A stretch of 64,000 nt of DNA from Ranitomeya imitator (taxonomy: Eukaryota): assembly GCF_032444005.1 (NCBI RefSeq), contig NC_091283.1:35960001-36024000 (forward strand), read 5' to 3'. The notes under the pieces were generated by a model. The model had not been told where the DNA came from. It ran no database searches and saw only the letters and a list, made by a program, of their open reading frames with translations. Position 1 is the first letter of the stretch. Every line of letters starts with the position of its first letter. A program made the translations under genes and the position numbers. Shown piece by piece: positions 1-12,747 of this stretch.

Positions 1-261
1 TACTAAGCGCGGCCCTGCGCTTAGTTACCCGATGTTTACCCTGGTTACCAGTGAAGACATCGCTGAATCGGTGTCACACACGCCGATTCAGCGATGTCTG
101 CGGGGAGTCCAGCGACGAAATAAAGTTCTGGACTTTCTTCCCCGACCAGCGACAGCACAGCAGGGGCCTGATCGCTGCTGCCTGTCACACTGGACGATAT
201 CGCTAGCGAGGACGCTGCAACGTCACGGATCGCTAGCGATATCGTCTAGTGTGACGGTACC
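1..261. mobile_element. Partial PIF/Harbinger-type MITE (same family as 11761-12477)
   Basis: Shares the ACCAGGGTAAACATCGGGT palindromic core and the GTGACGGTACC terminus. Confidence 0.75.
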
Positions 262-425
262 TTAAGGCTAGATGAATGTTTGTCGATGTAAAGCTTATAA
301 GGGTGTCCAAACTTTCCATGTCAGTGGAAAAAAAGGATTGGGCATGTTGACATAAACATGCCCAATCTTTTGTTATCAAGCATGATAAGTCGTTGCTGAC
401 AGAGGTGTCTGGTAGTGACTTATTA

Positions 426-618
426 TGCTGCCGTCACACTATCAGTATTTGGTCAGTATTTTACCTCAGTATTTGTAGCCAAAACCAGGAGTGGGTGATA
501 AATACAGAAGTGGTGACATGTTTCTATTATACTTTTCCTCTGATTGTTCCACTCATGGTTTTGGCTTACAAATACTGAGGTAAAATACTGACCAAATACT
601 GATAGTGTGACAGCAGCC
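426..618. mobile_element. PIF/Harbinger-type MITE
   Basis: Long TIRs (GCTGCCGTCACACTATCAGTATTTGGTCAG) and TTA TSD. Confidence 0.8.
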
Positions 619-3600
619 TTACCCAGCGTCTAATAAAGGGATTTCCCAAAAATGGCAGATTATCTCTTAACAATAGGATAGGGGAGAATTTGTTGATCCC
701 TGGTTGTCTGGGATCACTGGGATCCTCATTGATCCTGAGAATGGGGCTCCATCCTTTATCAGAGAGGCGCCTGCTCAGCTTCATCCAAATCTACTGCCCC
801 CCCTAGTCGTCGCTCAACTTCACATTCAACTTTTTGATCTATTTCCCTGAACCTGTGGAAATCGAGAACAATAAAACATTTCGCCCGTCGCCTGTTTGTG
901 CTGCGCGCCGCCATGTATCCCGGCCAGCGGCCTAAACCATGATGCAATATTATTGTATTGCGTACAATCGATACCGGGCCCCATCTCCGTGCACGTGCCC
1001 ATGAGGGGTTAGTACAGGCGTCCTTTGGTCACATGCATAGACAATGGTAGGTGGTTGTGTTTGTGCTTTTTTTGGAAGGGGGCACTTTTCCTGTCAGTGT
1101 TTCCTTATGGCGCAGAGTAAATAACCTCTGAGGAGATCAGTAATGACTTCCTCCTACGGGGCACGTGGGCCGTCATGTGGCCGCTTCTGCTTTAGTGAAA
1201 CCTTTGCCTTTTACATTGAGAGACATTCAAAAAGGAAAAAAATCAGAATACTCCCCATGGATCCCAGTTTTTATCATTACTGCTCAAGGAAAAGACCTCC
1301 AGTGTGTGAGACGTATAGAAAAGTGACCCCACAAGGGTGATTCTAGATGGGTTTGTAGAAGGCGAGAGCAAAACAATGACCAAAGAAATGATCTAAAATG
1401 GCTGAAATAGCTGCAACAGTTATAGTACGAGACGGACGGAGATGAAACACGGGCCCCAAAGCAAAATCCTTAATAGGGCCCCTACCTACCACGTGCCATT
1501 TATAATTCTGGCCGGCCATACGGCAGCAAAACCTTTGGGCCCCTCAGGGACCAGTTCCCAAGTGCAGCTGCTACTTCTGTAGCCCCTTTGCTTCGCTCCC
1601 GCAGTAGGGAGCGCAGCTCTGAAGTATAAACTGCTGCACCAATAGGTGAGACTTATTGTAGAGCTCAGAAATTTTCTGTATCAGGACCGTCTATGTTGTG
1701 AACATCGTGAGAAACGGCTTTGTGGCTTTTTGCAATTAGGCTTATAGTTTAGGGTGACTGCAGGAAGCTTGTGGTCGACGACTTCAGAGGTTTGGAAAAT
1801 GTGAGACGGGAAGAAGCAGCAAATTAGAAGAGTGACCTAATTTATATTATAGTGTTGAGGGGTGCAGGGACTTTCCACTAAGGCTCTTGTTTTTACATCT
1901 GCAAAAATATTAGACCCTTTTGTTTGATCCTGCGGTCATGTTATACTCCCTCATCGGCTGCCTCTTCCTGGTTGTGTGTATCTGCATAGGAGCTGTGTAC
2001 ACAAAACAGCCAGAGATTTTTCCAAAACAGAACAGCTTCATTGACCTATGGGGTCCACCAGATTACTGTTACCCCAGGGGGCAAAGGATTCAATGTACGG
2101 CCCTTATCCAGTATCTACGTACCCCGGCCCAGCAAAGTGTCTACGTGTCACCTCACACAAATGCCCCATTGCCCCACACCGGCTCCACTTTTGGTAACCT
2201 ACAGTTTGCCATACTTTATGACTTTTCAGAAAAAGGTAATGGCTCCTGGAAGAACTGGTAAATCTCCAGGACTAAATCTGCCAGTAACCTTCCAAAAATT
2301 CTGCTATACCGCTTGCTTATGCCCAATCATGGAGGGAAGATGGGATGGGCATGGTCTCAAAAACGGCATGGCTATTTCAACAAATGTCACCTAATGAAAT
2401 AGATTCCTAAACGTGGTCTTCTTTTTTGTTTTTCTAGGAAATCTAGAGACTCGCGCAGACCAGAAGACGCCAACGCTGAAGAACACTGCCCTGCCCAGAT
2501 GTCTATGATAGCCTGCAGAGCATCGCACCTTTGCTGCTCATTATGGCCAGCCGAATGTAAAATTTGTCAATAACTTATATCTATATATTTATGTAGCATG
2601 TATTTGGATGTATTTTTTGCTTTTTTTTTGTAATAATGTTTGTAATATACACGTGTGTAATACTTATTTTATATTCTGGTATTATATATATATTAAAGAC
2701 GTTGTGTATGGTTCGCTAAACCTGGAGCGTCTACTGCTTTGTATTGGATGATGACTCCCACAGGCACGTAGCATTGTTAGCAATTATATCGGGTCTGCGC
2801 AGAAGGGGGGTAAATATCGTCAGAAAATGACATCAAATAAGGTTTTCTATCGAACATACATCTTTTAGTCTCGAAAGCTGTCACCTCTGTGAAGCCAGAT
2901 AACACTTCATACATGATGTGAAGCAGCAGCTCCTCCTACTCCTCTCACCTCCCTGCACAGCAGTCACTGCACATAACACTGAGCATGCTCACTACACTTT
3001 CCCATAGAAATCAATGGGCTGTTTTCAGAGTTCTGTATAGATGTGTGCTGGAGCAAGATCACCTGCTGTGACCTCCTCACCTCACTCATCACTGCCGCAC
3101 CCTACTTCAGTGCCACCCGCTCTGACAGAACACAGCAGGGTGGCACCGCAAGAGGTGACAAGATGGACGCGGAAGTGCACGCAGGGGCAGGAACACCATT
3201 GATGCAACCTGTGCAACCAAGAGATAAAAGGGTGTATTCCACCTCCAAATGAGCAAGAAGCTTCTATCACACACACAAATCGGGGCCCCTATACTGTTCA
3301 TTCACAGGGGACCTCTTCAGTCTGTGTCCACCATTATGCCATTTGCTGCTCTTGCCTGCCCAACATCATGGGGTCCGCGATGACCGGGCTCCAGATCAGC
3401 AGCTGCACCTATAGTTCCCATCTAATCCTGTATCTACAGACATATCTGGAAACGTTTTGGATTCCAAGTGCAAAATCTATAGAATACCCCCTACACTGAT
3501 AGTAGGGGGACCTTTGGCCCCTCAGTGCCTAGATGCAACTCCTACCTGCTCATCCCTATCAATTAACCCTTAACAGTAACATTTAATAATTTGATAAGTG

Positions 3601-4915
3601 TTTAAAAAAGTAGTCGGTGATGCTGTGAAGGGGAAGACTGTGAGGGGATAGTACCACTATGGCCTATTTAATCCCCAAATCATGCGGGGCCCAGAGGTCA
3701 GACCCCTCAGGGCCGAACATATCATTGGTGCAGAGGTAAGGGGGCCCATTTCCACCTTCAAAGCAGGTAACATTGTGCATTCTGATGATCCGATATTTGC
3801 TATTACTTTTCTACTTTTTTAAAATAAAAAAAATCTCACAAAATGTGTTCTTTTGGGTCGTGCTTTAGCTAAACCTTGCCATTTTTGTGGTCCATTTTGC
3901 CGGTTATGTATGGTCACGGCTGTAGCAGTAATTGCTCAGTGGGTTCTTTGCAGCTATTTTATGGGCGCCGTTATTGGGCTGGCAGGATAATGTGGGTGGC
4001 ACTTTGGTATGGACGACTCTTATAACTGAAATGCACTACTATTAGCCAGCACTGAGCGCAATGGTGCAAGGCGGCACCGCAGAGTAGCCACTAGAGACCC
4101 TCGTATGGGACCAGACTGCGGGGGGCTCTAATGGACGGGACAATCTAGGGGTATAATTTCCATCTCCGGCTCCTCAGCACATGGCCGTCCTCCCCGGTGT
4201 ATACTAGCACATTACTTAGGATTATTACTCACTAAGTACTCACATTTATTTATTTATCAGCCGGAAAGAATTCCTGTTCATGTACATTTTTTCTGGTCTC
4301 GGCCTAAGAAGGGATTTTGTACCTGACTGACGGCCTCAGGAATCAAAACAATTTGCGTGCTGTTATGTAATGACGTATTATACACGGCGCAGTGCACAGA
4401 AATGAATAATTCAAGGGATGGCCATGGAAAACAGAGGGAAGACGGCGTAGGGACCCCCTTCTCTCTAATAGCCCATCAAAGAGCGCCCTCTTATGTCCTT
4501 CCAGCCATCCATCAGTAATCGCGAGCTGTGAAATTCACTCTCTGAGATCCCTGAAACAAGAACCATTCTACCATAGGAAGTCGTCGACCATCTTGCAAGT
4601 ACAATATGTAGAGGGCCCGTGATCTACTGGATCCCACTCATATGTAAATATGTATATATGGGCCTTTATGGTTTATGATTTCTGTTCTGCTTCAGCCCTC
4701 AAGCTTTTTCTAAGCCGGGTTCCATCAATATTAACAAAGCACCCCTGTCTATATGCCCCATTATAATCTATGAAGACACAAAAAGAGCACAGCGAGGTCA
4801 AAAATACTCTGTTGTAAAGAAGTCACAGTAAATGAGCAAGTGCTGGTCAAAAAATGAAAAAAAAAAATACAGGGTATTTAGTTAATACGTTTTTTTGCAA
4901 AAAAATGTATATTAA

Positions 4916-5243
4916 AGGGACTCTGTCACCTGAATTTGGCGGGACTGGTTTTGGGTCATATGGGCGGAGTTTTCGGGGGTTTGATTCACCCTTTCCTTAC
5001 CCGCTGGCTGCATGCTGGCTGCAATATTGGATTGAAGTTCATTCTTTGTCCTCCATAGTACACGCCTGCGCAAAGCAATCTTGCCTTGTGCAGGCGTGTA
5101 CTATGGAGGACAGAGAATGAACTTCAATCCAATATTGCAGCCAGCATGCAGCCAGCGGGTAAGGAAAGGGTGAATCAAACACCCCAAAACTCCGCCCATA
5201 TGACCCAAAACCAGTCCCGCCAAATTCAGGTGACAGGTTCCCT
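4916..5243. mobile_element. T2/Kolobok-type MITE
   Basis: TTAA|AGGGA...CCCT|TTAA; almost fully palindromic; the empty site is visible in the neighbouring repeat copies. Confidence 0.9.
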
Positions 5244-6191
5244 TTAAGTTGCTCCACCAATCGCCAAGGTATACCCATAATAGAGCAGTCCTATCTAAAG
5301 TATATAATCCCTATCTGATGTATTTAAAAACCTGATCATCTGTATAGTACCTGTATAAGCAGGGTTCAGAGAGAAAATATCCATGTGGACATGCAGGATG
5401 GAACAGCTTTAGTGCAAATGGCCCACAGAGGAGTGGTGGACTCCCCAGTCTTGTAGAAACAAGAGAACAATTATAGAACCAAAAACACATGGGCTACTTG
5501 CACAGTGAACAAGTCTGTAGAAACCTGTTCACACCACCAAGAAACTTGAAGACACAAAAAGAGCACAGCGAGGTAAAAAATACTCTGTTGTAAAGAAGTC
5601 ACAGTAAATGAGCAAGTGCTGGTCAAAAAAATGAAAAAAAAAATACAGGGTATTTAGTTAATATGTTTTTTTGCAAAAAAATGTATATTAAGCTGCTCCA
5701 CCAATCGCCAAGGTATACCCATAATAGAGCAGTCCTATCTAATGTATATAATCCCTATCTGATGTATTTAAAAACCTGATCATCTGTATAGTACCTGTAT
5801 AAGCAGGGTTCAGAGAGAAAATATCCATGTGGACATGCAGGATGGAACAGCTTCAATGCAAATGACCCACAGAGGAGTGGTGGACTCCCCAGTCTTGTAG
5901 AAACAAGAGAACAATTATAGAACCAAAAACACATGGGCTACTTGCACAGTGAACAAGTCTGTAGAAACCTGTTCACACCACCAAGAAACTTGAAGACACA
6001 AAAAGAGCACCGCGAGGTCAAAAATACTCTGTTGTAAAGAAGTCACAGTAAATGAGCAAGTGCTGGTCAAAAAATGAAAAAAAAATACAGGGTATTTAGT
6101 TAATACGTTTTTTTTTGCAAAAAAAATGTATATTAAGCTGCTCCACCAATCGCCAAGGTATACCCATAATTTTCTACAAGACTGGGGAGTC

Positions 6192-6976
6192 TGTTATGAC
6201 CTGGTGGTTAGGAGCACCAGGAATGACCTGATGGTTAAACTCACAGGACAAGCTCTGGGCAGTGGGAACTTTGCTGACCGCAAACCCTAATCCTATCACA
6301 CACACTAGAAATAGCCGTGGAGCGTACCTAACAGGCCTAGACGCCTCGGCACAGCCTAAGAATTAGCTAGCCCTAGAGAAAGAAAATAAAGCCTACCTTG
6401 CCTCAGAGAAATTTCCCCAAAGGAAAAGGCAGCCCCCCACAAATATTAACTGTGAGTTAAGATGAAAGTCACAAACACAGAAATGAAACAGGTTTAAGCA
6501 AAGGGAGGCCAGACTAACTAAATAGAGGATAGGAAAGGTATCTTTGCGGTCAGCACAAAAACTACAAAAGACCACGCAGAGTGTGCAAAAAGACCCCCGC
6601 ACCGACTCACGGTGCGGAGGCGCCACCCTGCATCCCAGAGCTTCCAGCTAGCAAGACAAAATCATGGAAGCAAGCTGGACTAGAAAACCATAAACAGAAA
6701 ATAACAAACGGGGACTTAGCTTCTTGCAGGAAGAGACAGGTCTCCAGAAAGATCCACGAGCGAACTGAACCAGCACAGGAACATTGACAGCTGGCATGGA
6801 GTAACGATCAGAGTGGAGTTAAATAGAGCAGCCAACCAAAGGATAAACCACGTCACCTGTGTAAGGAACCTCAGAAGCAGCAGCTTCACTCAGCCACCAG
6901 AGGGAGTCCATGGACAGAACTCGCCGAAGTACCATTCACAACCACAGGAGGGAGTTCAACAACAGAATTCACAACA
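6192..6976 (-). mobile_element. Solo LTR of a related Gypsy family
   Basis: 785 bp; reverse complement starts TGTTGTGAATTCTG and ends ATAACA, like the 51577 LTR; flanked by GGAGTC duplication. Confidence 0.88.
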
Positions 6977-9504
6977 GGAGTCCACCACTCCTCTGTGGGC
7001 CATTTGCACTAAAGCTGTTCTATCCTGCATGTCCACATGGATATTTTCTCTCTGAGCCCTGCTTATACAGGTACTATACAGATGATCAGTTTTTTAAATA
7101 CATCAGATAGGGATTATATACATTAGATAGGACTGCTCTATTATGGGTATACCTTGGCGATTGGTGGAGCAGCTTAACATACATTTTTTTGCAAAAAAAC
7201 GTATAAACTAAATACCCTGTATTTTTTCCATTTTTTGACCAGCACTTGCTCATTTACTGTGACTTCTTTACAACAGAGTATTTTTGACCTCACTGTGCTC
7301 TTTTTGTGTCTTCAAGTTTCTTGGTGGTGTGAACAGGTTTCTACAGACTTCTTCACTGTGCAATTAGCCAATGTGTTTTTGGTTCTCCCATTATAATCTA
7401 TGTAGGTTGTTGCCAGTCAACAGGTGTGCAGAGACCATGGCTGACAACACCAGATCTCTTCAGTTTTTTTGTGACCAGTGATCGCCACCAACATGTGTAT
7501 AATGGCACAGTAACATTGATCCTCGTGTATCCTCGTGTACTGCTGTCGCTGTCTCCCTCAGTCATTGCTGCCTGTGTTTATTTTTTCCCCAAAATGGCTG
7601 CCGCAGAGACGTGAATAGTTTTGTGGAAGGTGTGAACAAGAGTTCACCCCCTCAGTGGATAGACACAGAACCGTCATCATTGGCTCCAATGGAAAGGCAG
7701 GGAAAGTGTGGTTCAGAGTTATCACAGCGCTCCAAATTCCTTTATGGCGGCCATTTTGGGGAACAAGAAAAAAATAGGACCAGGGTAAGAGATAGAGGCA
7801 GCGGCACGGGAACGGAGGTTAATATTATTTAAAATGCCAGCTGCCAACTGTCTACAGAATTTATACCATCCTGTCATCGGTATTTAATACTTAAGTACCC
7901 AAATAACACGGCCATATGCAATCTGCAAGAATTGACATTGGAGGGGATTCTTTTGGCAGCTTTACTGATAAAGTGTTTCTTTGCCTCCCCATTTCACAAG
8001 AGCCCCTACTATACAAGAGGCCTTGGACTATTGCCCAGTTTGCCACACCTTAAACCCGTCCCTGACACTGGCATCAACCTGTACTTATCAAGCTGTAAAA
8101 TATCTCTAATTGCAATCAAGTGCATATAAACTTGACAGCAAAAGAGGAAGAACACTTTCTACAGTGCATGTGACAAGCAACCACATAGATAGAAGCCATG
8201 TGTGCACCCCCACGTCGTACCGTGTACACAGCTCCCCTGCACCACGTCCCTAGTACACGTTAATGTCCTGTCACCGGATAGGATATATGTCAGATACGCC
8301 ATATTCTAGTCGGCTGCTCGATTTCCTGGCTTTCCTATGTGAGACCGTCCATTTATAGAGTTACACTGGAACAGACACTTGATTGCGAGCCTGTGTGGTA
8401 AGGAGGTGGGAGGAATCTAGGTCACTTGCTGCAGATCTTTACGAGGCAATACTCCTTTTTACTATCACCAATGTGAGTAAACATTTGTAACATATAGTCC
8501 CTTCACCTAATCGTCTCCACATTGCCGACGCACCTTCAGCATTTGGGACCTGTGCCCATTTCTCTTCCTGTTCAAAATGGCCGCTGCATAGTCACGAGGA
8601 GCAATGTGGACAGTCTGAATCTCGTCTCCTCTGCCTTTCTATTAACATGAGATAAATCAATTCCAATTAAGATGGTCACTGTTTCTATCCTGAAGCATAA
8701 AACATCAGGAGAGACGCGGTTCAGACTGTCCTCAGTGGCCATTTTGGACATGAAGACAACATGGCAGCAATGTCAAATGCGGAAGGAGTTTGGAGTGGCC
8801 AATGCAGCGATGTGACATGATTTCACTACGAGTTAAATGCTACTGAGGCCTAGTGAGAAAAAGCTATTCATGAACCAACAGTGGGACCATTGCTGAAATT
8901 ATGTTCATGATAAGGCTGCAACCCCCGCTCTCTATTATTGTTCTGCCCCTGCTTGGAGAATTAGAAAAACCTCCATATAAAGTTCTGGTTACACTGTGTG
9001 AATATTTTTCTTATTTTTTCATACATTTTTAATGATGTTCTGGTTACACAGTGTGAATATTTTTCTTATTTTTTCATACATGCCATAATGATGTCAGTGA
9101 CATTTAGTTGCACGTATCTTCCTCATCTGTCACACATGAGCAGGACATAGTTTCTGGGTCTACTGGTGCGCTCATGTCTAAGGTGGGGCAGAGGGATTTA
9201 CTCCCATTAGTGCTCCGGTTAGCTGTCAGTTTTCAGCTATTAGCAGGTCCCGGGTGTACTAACATTTCCTCATCATGTAACCTAATACCTAGTAGCCACC
9301 AATTACACTGCACAAGTCACTAATAGAGAAGCACAGCCTGCCCCGGCAGATCAGATGTGATGAAATGGTGCTCACCCTGGGGTCCTGCATTTTTAGAGGT
9401 ATAAACTACCGTAATTCAGGGGGCTGGATATATTGTTAAATAAATGAGATGATGACTTTGTCTGTACATATTGATTCAAGTATATTGTGCCACACTGCCA
9501 AGTA

Positions 9505-10703
9505 TGGAGCGCCCCCGTAGGGCAGTGGGCTACTCGGTACCAGGTCCTTCGGTTCTCAAGGGGGATGTCACGGTGGCTGACCCGGTCCGTGGCCCTCGGG
9601 AGGTCCGTTGTAAAAGGGGGAAAGGTCTTTAAGGGGGAAATGTTTGTGACGCCAACTGTGGTATTCGGTCAGGGTGACCGACGCTGCTTAGGGGTCCGCT
9701 GGGGTGATGTTATGGCAGCTAGATGGTATACCTTCCCACAGGTGAAGTATATCCCCAGGGCTTCCCAGAGTGTAGATGGTGGATGGTGTGAGGCGCAGTA
9801 AAGAACGAGGACACAAGTTTGCAATCTCTTTAACTTTTACTGAAGGCTTCAGCATCCACAGTCCAGAGCACCAGATCACAGGGCAGGCAGAGTCCGGCCA
9901 GTTTGGAGGCAAGTCCAGAGTCCCCTTATCCAGGTGGAAATCAGTAGCCTTCCTCCTCTAGTGCCTGAGTGTTGTAGTACCTTCCTGCTGAGCTTCTCGT
10001 AAGGTCCTCACAACTGATGTTGGTGTACTAGATGTTATGTCTCTCTCTGTCCCCCAGATGGATAGGAACAAACCGTATGACTGATGGCCTGAGGCTTTTT
10101 ACAGGGACTCTAGCACGCCCCGGCCCCCACAAGTTGCCACCGTGCCTCCTGGGTATAAGGCGGATCAGAAACTTGGAATTAGCTGTCCTGCCGGTCTCTG
10201 GAGCAAGGCATAAAGGACTGTTGCTCCCTCGGTTTTCCGGCTACCGGATCCTGCACCTCAGAAGGAGGCAGCCTGTATAGGGCAGAACTCTTGACTTCTT
10301 CACCCTCTCTACAACACAGTTCTCTGTTCATGTCTCTTTCTTAGGATCCTGCTGCACGTGGGGCAGGCGCAGCTCCGTGGCCTTCTGTCTAGGCCTCTGA
10401 CAGGATCCCACCCCTGTCAGGGACCATCTCTGTCAGCAACTACTCGATGTTCCTTCTTCCTCTCTGTCTGCCTGACAGGAACTGCCTAACTTCCTATCCA
10501 GACCACCAGTTTTACCTAATTGTGAAGCGTGCCCTAATAAGCATAGCATAGCATAGCTCCCCCTGGTGGACTGGAGTGTGGAAATGTGTTGCATGGTTTG
10601 TGATACCTGGTAAAGAGATCTCCTTTATTGCCTTCAAACGTAACATCACTCCCCCTAGAGGAGAATGATATTACTGCAACGACCAGGACCCTGGGGCGCT
10701 GCA
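9505..10703 (-). mobile_element. Probable solo LTR (different family)
   Basis: About 1.2 kb bounded by short inverted termini TGGAGCGCCCC / GGGGCGCTGCA (TG...CA); no coding capacity; no TSD found. Confidence 0.45.
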
Positions 10704-11326
10704 CTTGCATGCTACTGTTTGTGCGCAGCGGGAAAGAAATCACTGAACTGAAACTAGATCCACTTTAATAATTGTGGTGGCGCCTACTGTCTGAGCGGCT
10801 CTTAGAAAATAGCGACTCAGTCAATTTTTTTTTTTTTACCTAAGTGCATGTATTTGACATATTGGCGACTTAAAAATAAGTTTTGCAATTGGGTTGCATT
10901 AAAAAAAAAAATTGCTGCAGAATGAGTTTACTGAGGACCCATCAGTGAGCTTATTGGGTCTGACAGGAGAATATGTAACTCTATGGCACATGAAGTCTTT
11001 TTGCTGAGTTTTCTGAGCAGAAACTAAGCAGAAACTCCAGGTTTTTGAGGAGATTTGAGATTTGAAGAGTTTCTGGTGCGTTTCTGATACAAAAACTCCT
11101 AGAAAAACTCTGTGTGTACATAGCCTGTGGGTTTTTTTTTTTTAGCTCCTCTCAGCTGATCTATGATCCCAGGCTTCTGCTGTAAAATCCAAACAGTGCA
11201 ACATTTTTAATGTAAACCCAATAGCAAAAATGATTTTTAGCCTAAAATACATGCATGAAAAACAATGTGCACAGTCTCCAAGGGTGGACAAACTCTTTAA
11301 GCATTGTGAACTTTCAATAGAGGTCT

Positions 11327-11757
11327 AAGGATAACATTTTTCCTTGTGGAGAGTGACAAGCCAAGCCAGGCATGTCAGAGTGAGGAGACTTATACGTCAT
11401 ACACGCTCCTCTGGGAAATTAAATATGGAAATTGTATCTTCAGAGAGGAAGACGGCTAGAACGCTAGCGCCACCTATTGGAAGTAAGGATCCTAAAAGTC
11501 AAGATCAACTCTTAAGGAGCCTTGCGGTATGACTTAGGATAAAAACCAAACCGGAATCTCAGTGCTCACCAAAGAGTCAATATTTATTTTTAGGATCACC
11601 GCTTCCAATAGGTGGCGCTAGAGATCCAGTCCTCTTCCTCTGTGAATAGACAATTTCCATAGTTAGTTTCCCAGAGGAGCATGCATGGCTTATAAGTCTG
11701 CTCATTGTGACATGCCTGGCTGGGGTTATCACAATCCACAAGGAGAAACGTTACTTC
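11327..11757. repeat. Palindromic repeat (about 190-bp imperfect arms) related to the hammerhead-bearing repeat at 12481-12652
   Basis: Arms share TAGCGCCACCTATTGG / CCAATAGGTGGCGCTA and GGCATGTC / GACATGCC; the GTCAATATTTA..TTTTAG block recurs at 12607. Confidence 0.75.
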
Positions 11758-11760
11758 TTA

Positions 11761-12477
11761 AGGTACCTTCACACTGAACGATATCGTTAGCGATCCGTGA
11801 CGTTGCAGCGTCCTGGCTAGCGATATCGTTGTGTTTGACACGCAGCAGCGATCAGGATCCTGCTGTGCCATCGTTGGTCGGAGCAGAAAGTCCAGAACTT
11901 TATTTCATCGCTGGATCTCCCGCAGACATCTCTGAATCGGCGTGTGTGACGCCGATCCAGCGATGTCTTCACTGGTAACCAGGGTAAACATCGGGTTACT
12001 AAGCGCAGGGCCGCGCTTAGTAACCCGATGTTTACCCTGGTTACCAGTGTAAACGTAAAAAAACCCAAACACTACATACTTACCTTCAGCTGTCTGTCCC
12101 CCGGCGCTCTGCTTCTCTGCTCTGTGTAAGCGCCGGCCGGAGAGCAGAGCACAGCGGTGACGTCACCGCTCTGCTTTCCGGCCGCTGTGCTCACAGTCAG
12201 TGCAGAGAAGCAGAGCGCCGGGGGACAGACAGCGGAATGTAAGTATGTAGTGTTTGGGTTTTTTTACGTTTACACTGGTAACCAGGGTAAACATCGGGTT
12301 ACTAAGCGTGGCCCTGCGCTTAGTAACCCGATGTTTACCCTGGTTACCAGGGGACTTCGCACAGTTGGTCGCTGGAGAGCTGTCTGTGTGACAGCTCACC
12401 AGCGACCACACAGCGACGCTGCAGCGATCGGGATCGTTGTCTAGATCGCTGCAGCGTCGCTAAATGTGACGGTACCC
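11761..12477. mobile_element. PIF/Harbinger-type MITE
   Basis: TTA TSD, GGTACC.TCACA TIRs, nested internal palindromes. Confidence 0.85.
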
Positions 12478-12511
12478 TTAGACCTCAGTCCAGAGCCTCT
12501 CACTTATACAA

Positions 12512-12583
12512 ATTAGATCTCATACTTTGCACTGATGAGGGGCAACAACCCGAAACACTGTGTCTCCAAATTGAGATTCTGAT
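12512..12583 (+). ncRNA. Type I hammerhead ribozyme motif
   Basis: CTGATGA (12532-38), stem II GGG/CCC, GAAA (12552-55), palindromic stem III ACAC-T-GTGT, GUC triplet (12562-64), extended stem I with one C-C mismatch. Confidence 0.8.
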
Positions 12584-12747
12584 CATACGACAATGATCGT
12601 TAAAGGGTCAATATTTACTTTTAGAATTGCTGATTCCAATAGATGGCGCTATTGGTATATGACCTTTCAATAGAAAACAAAAACCTGTACGATTGTGTGA
12701 CACTCTGCTCTGACATTCCATAAGAGCATGCAGTGTGCTGTCCCAGA

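Larger units (their letters stand above)
4773..7386. repeat. 444-bp unit repeat: 2.4 direct copies plus one inverted, permuted copy
   Basis: Units start at 4773, 5549 and 5993; orientation switches at about 6170; whole block flanked by CCCATTATAATCTATG. Confidence 0.85.
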
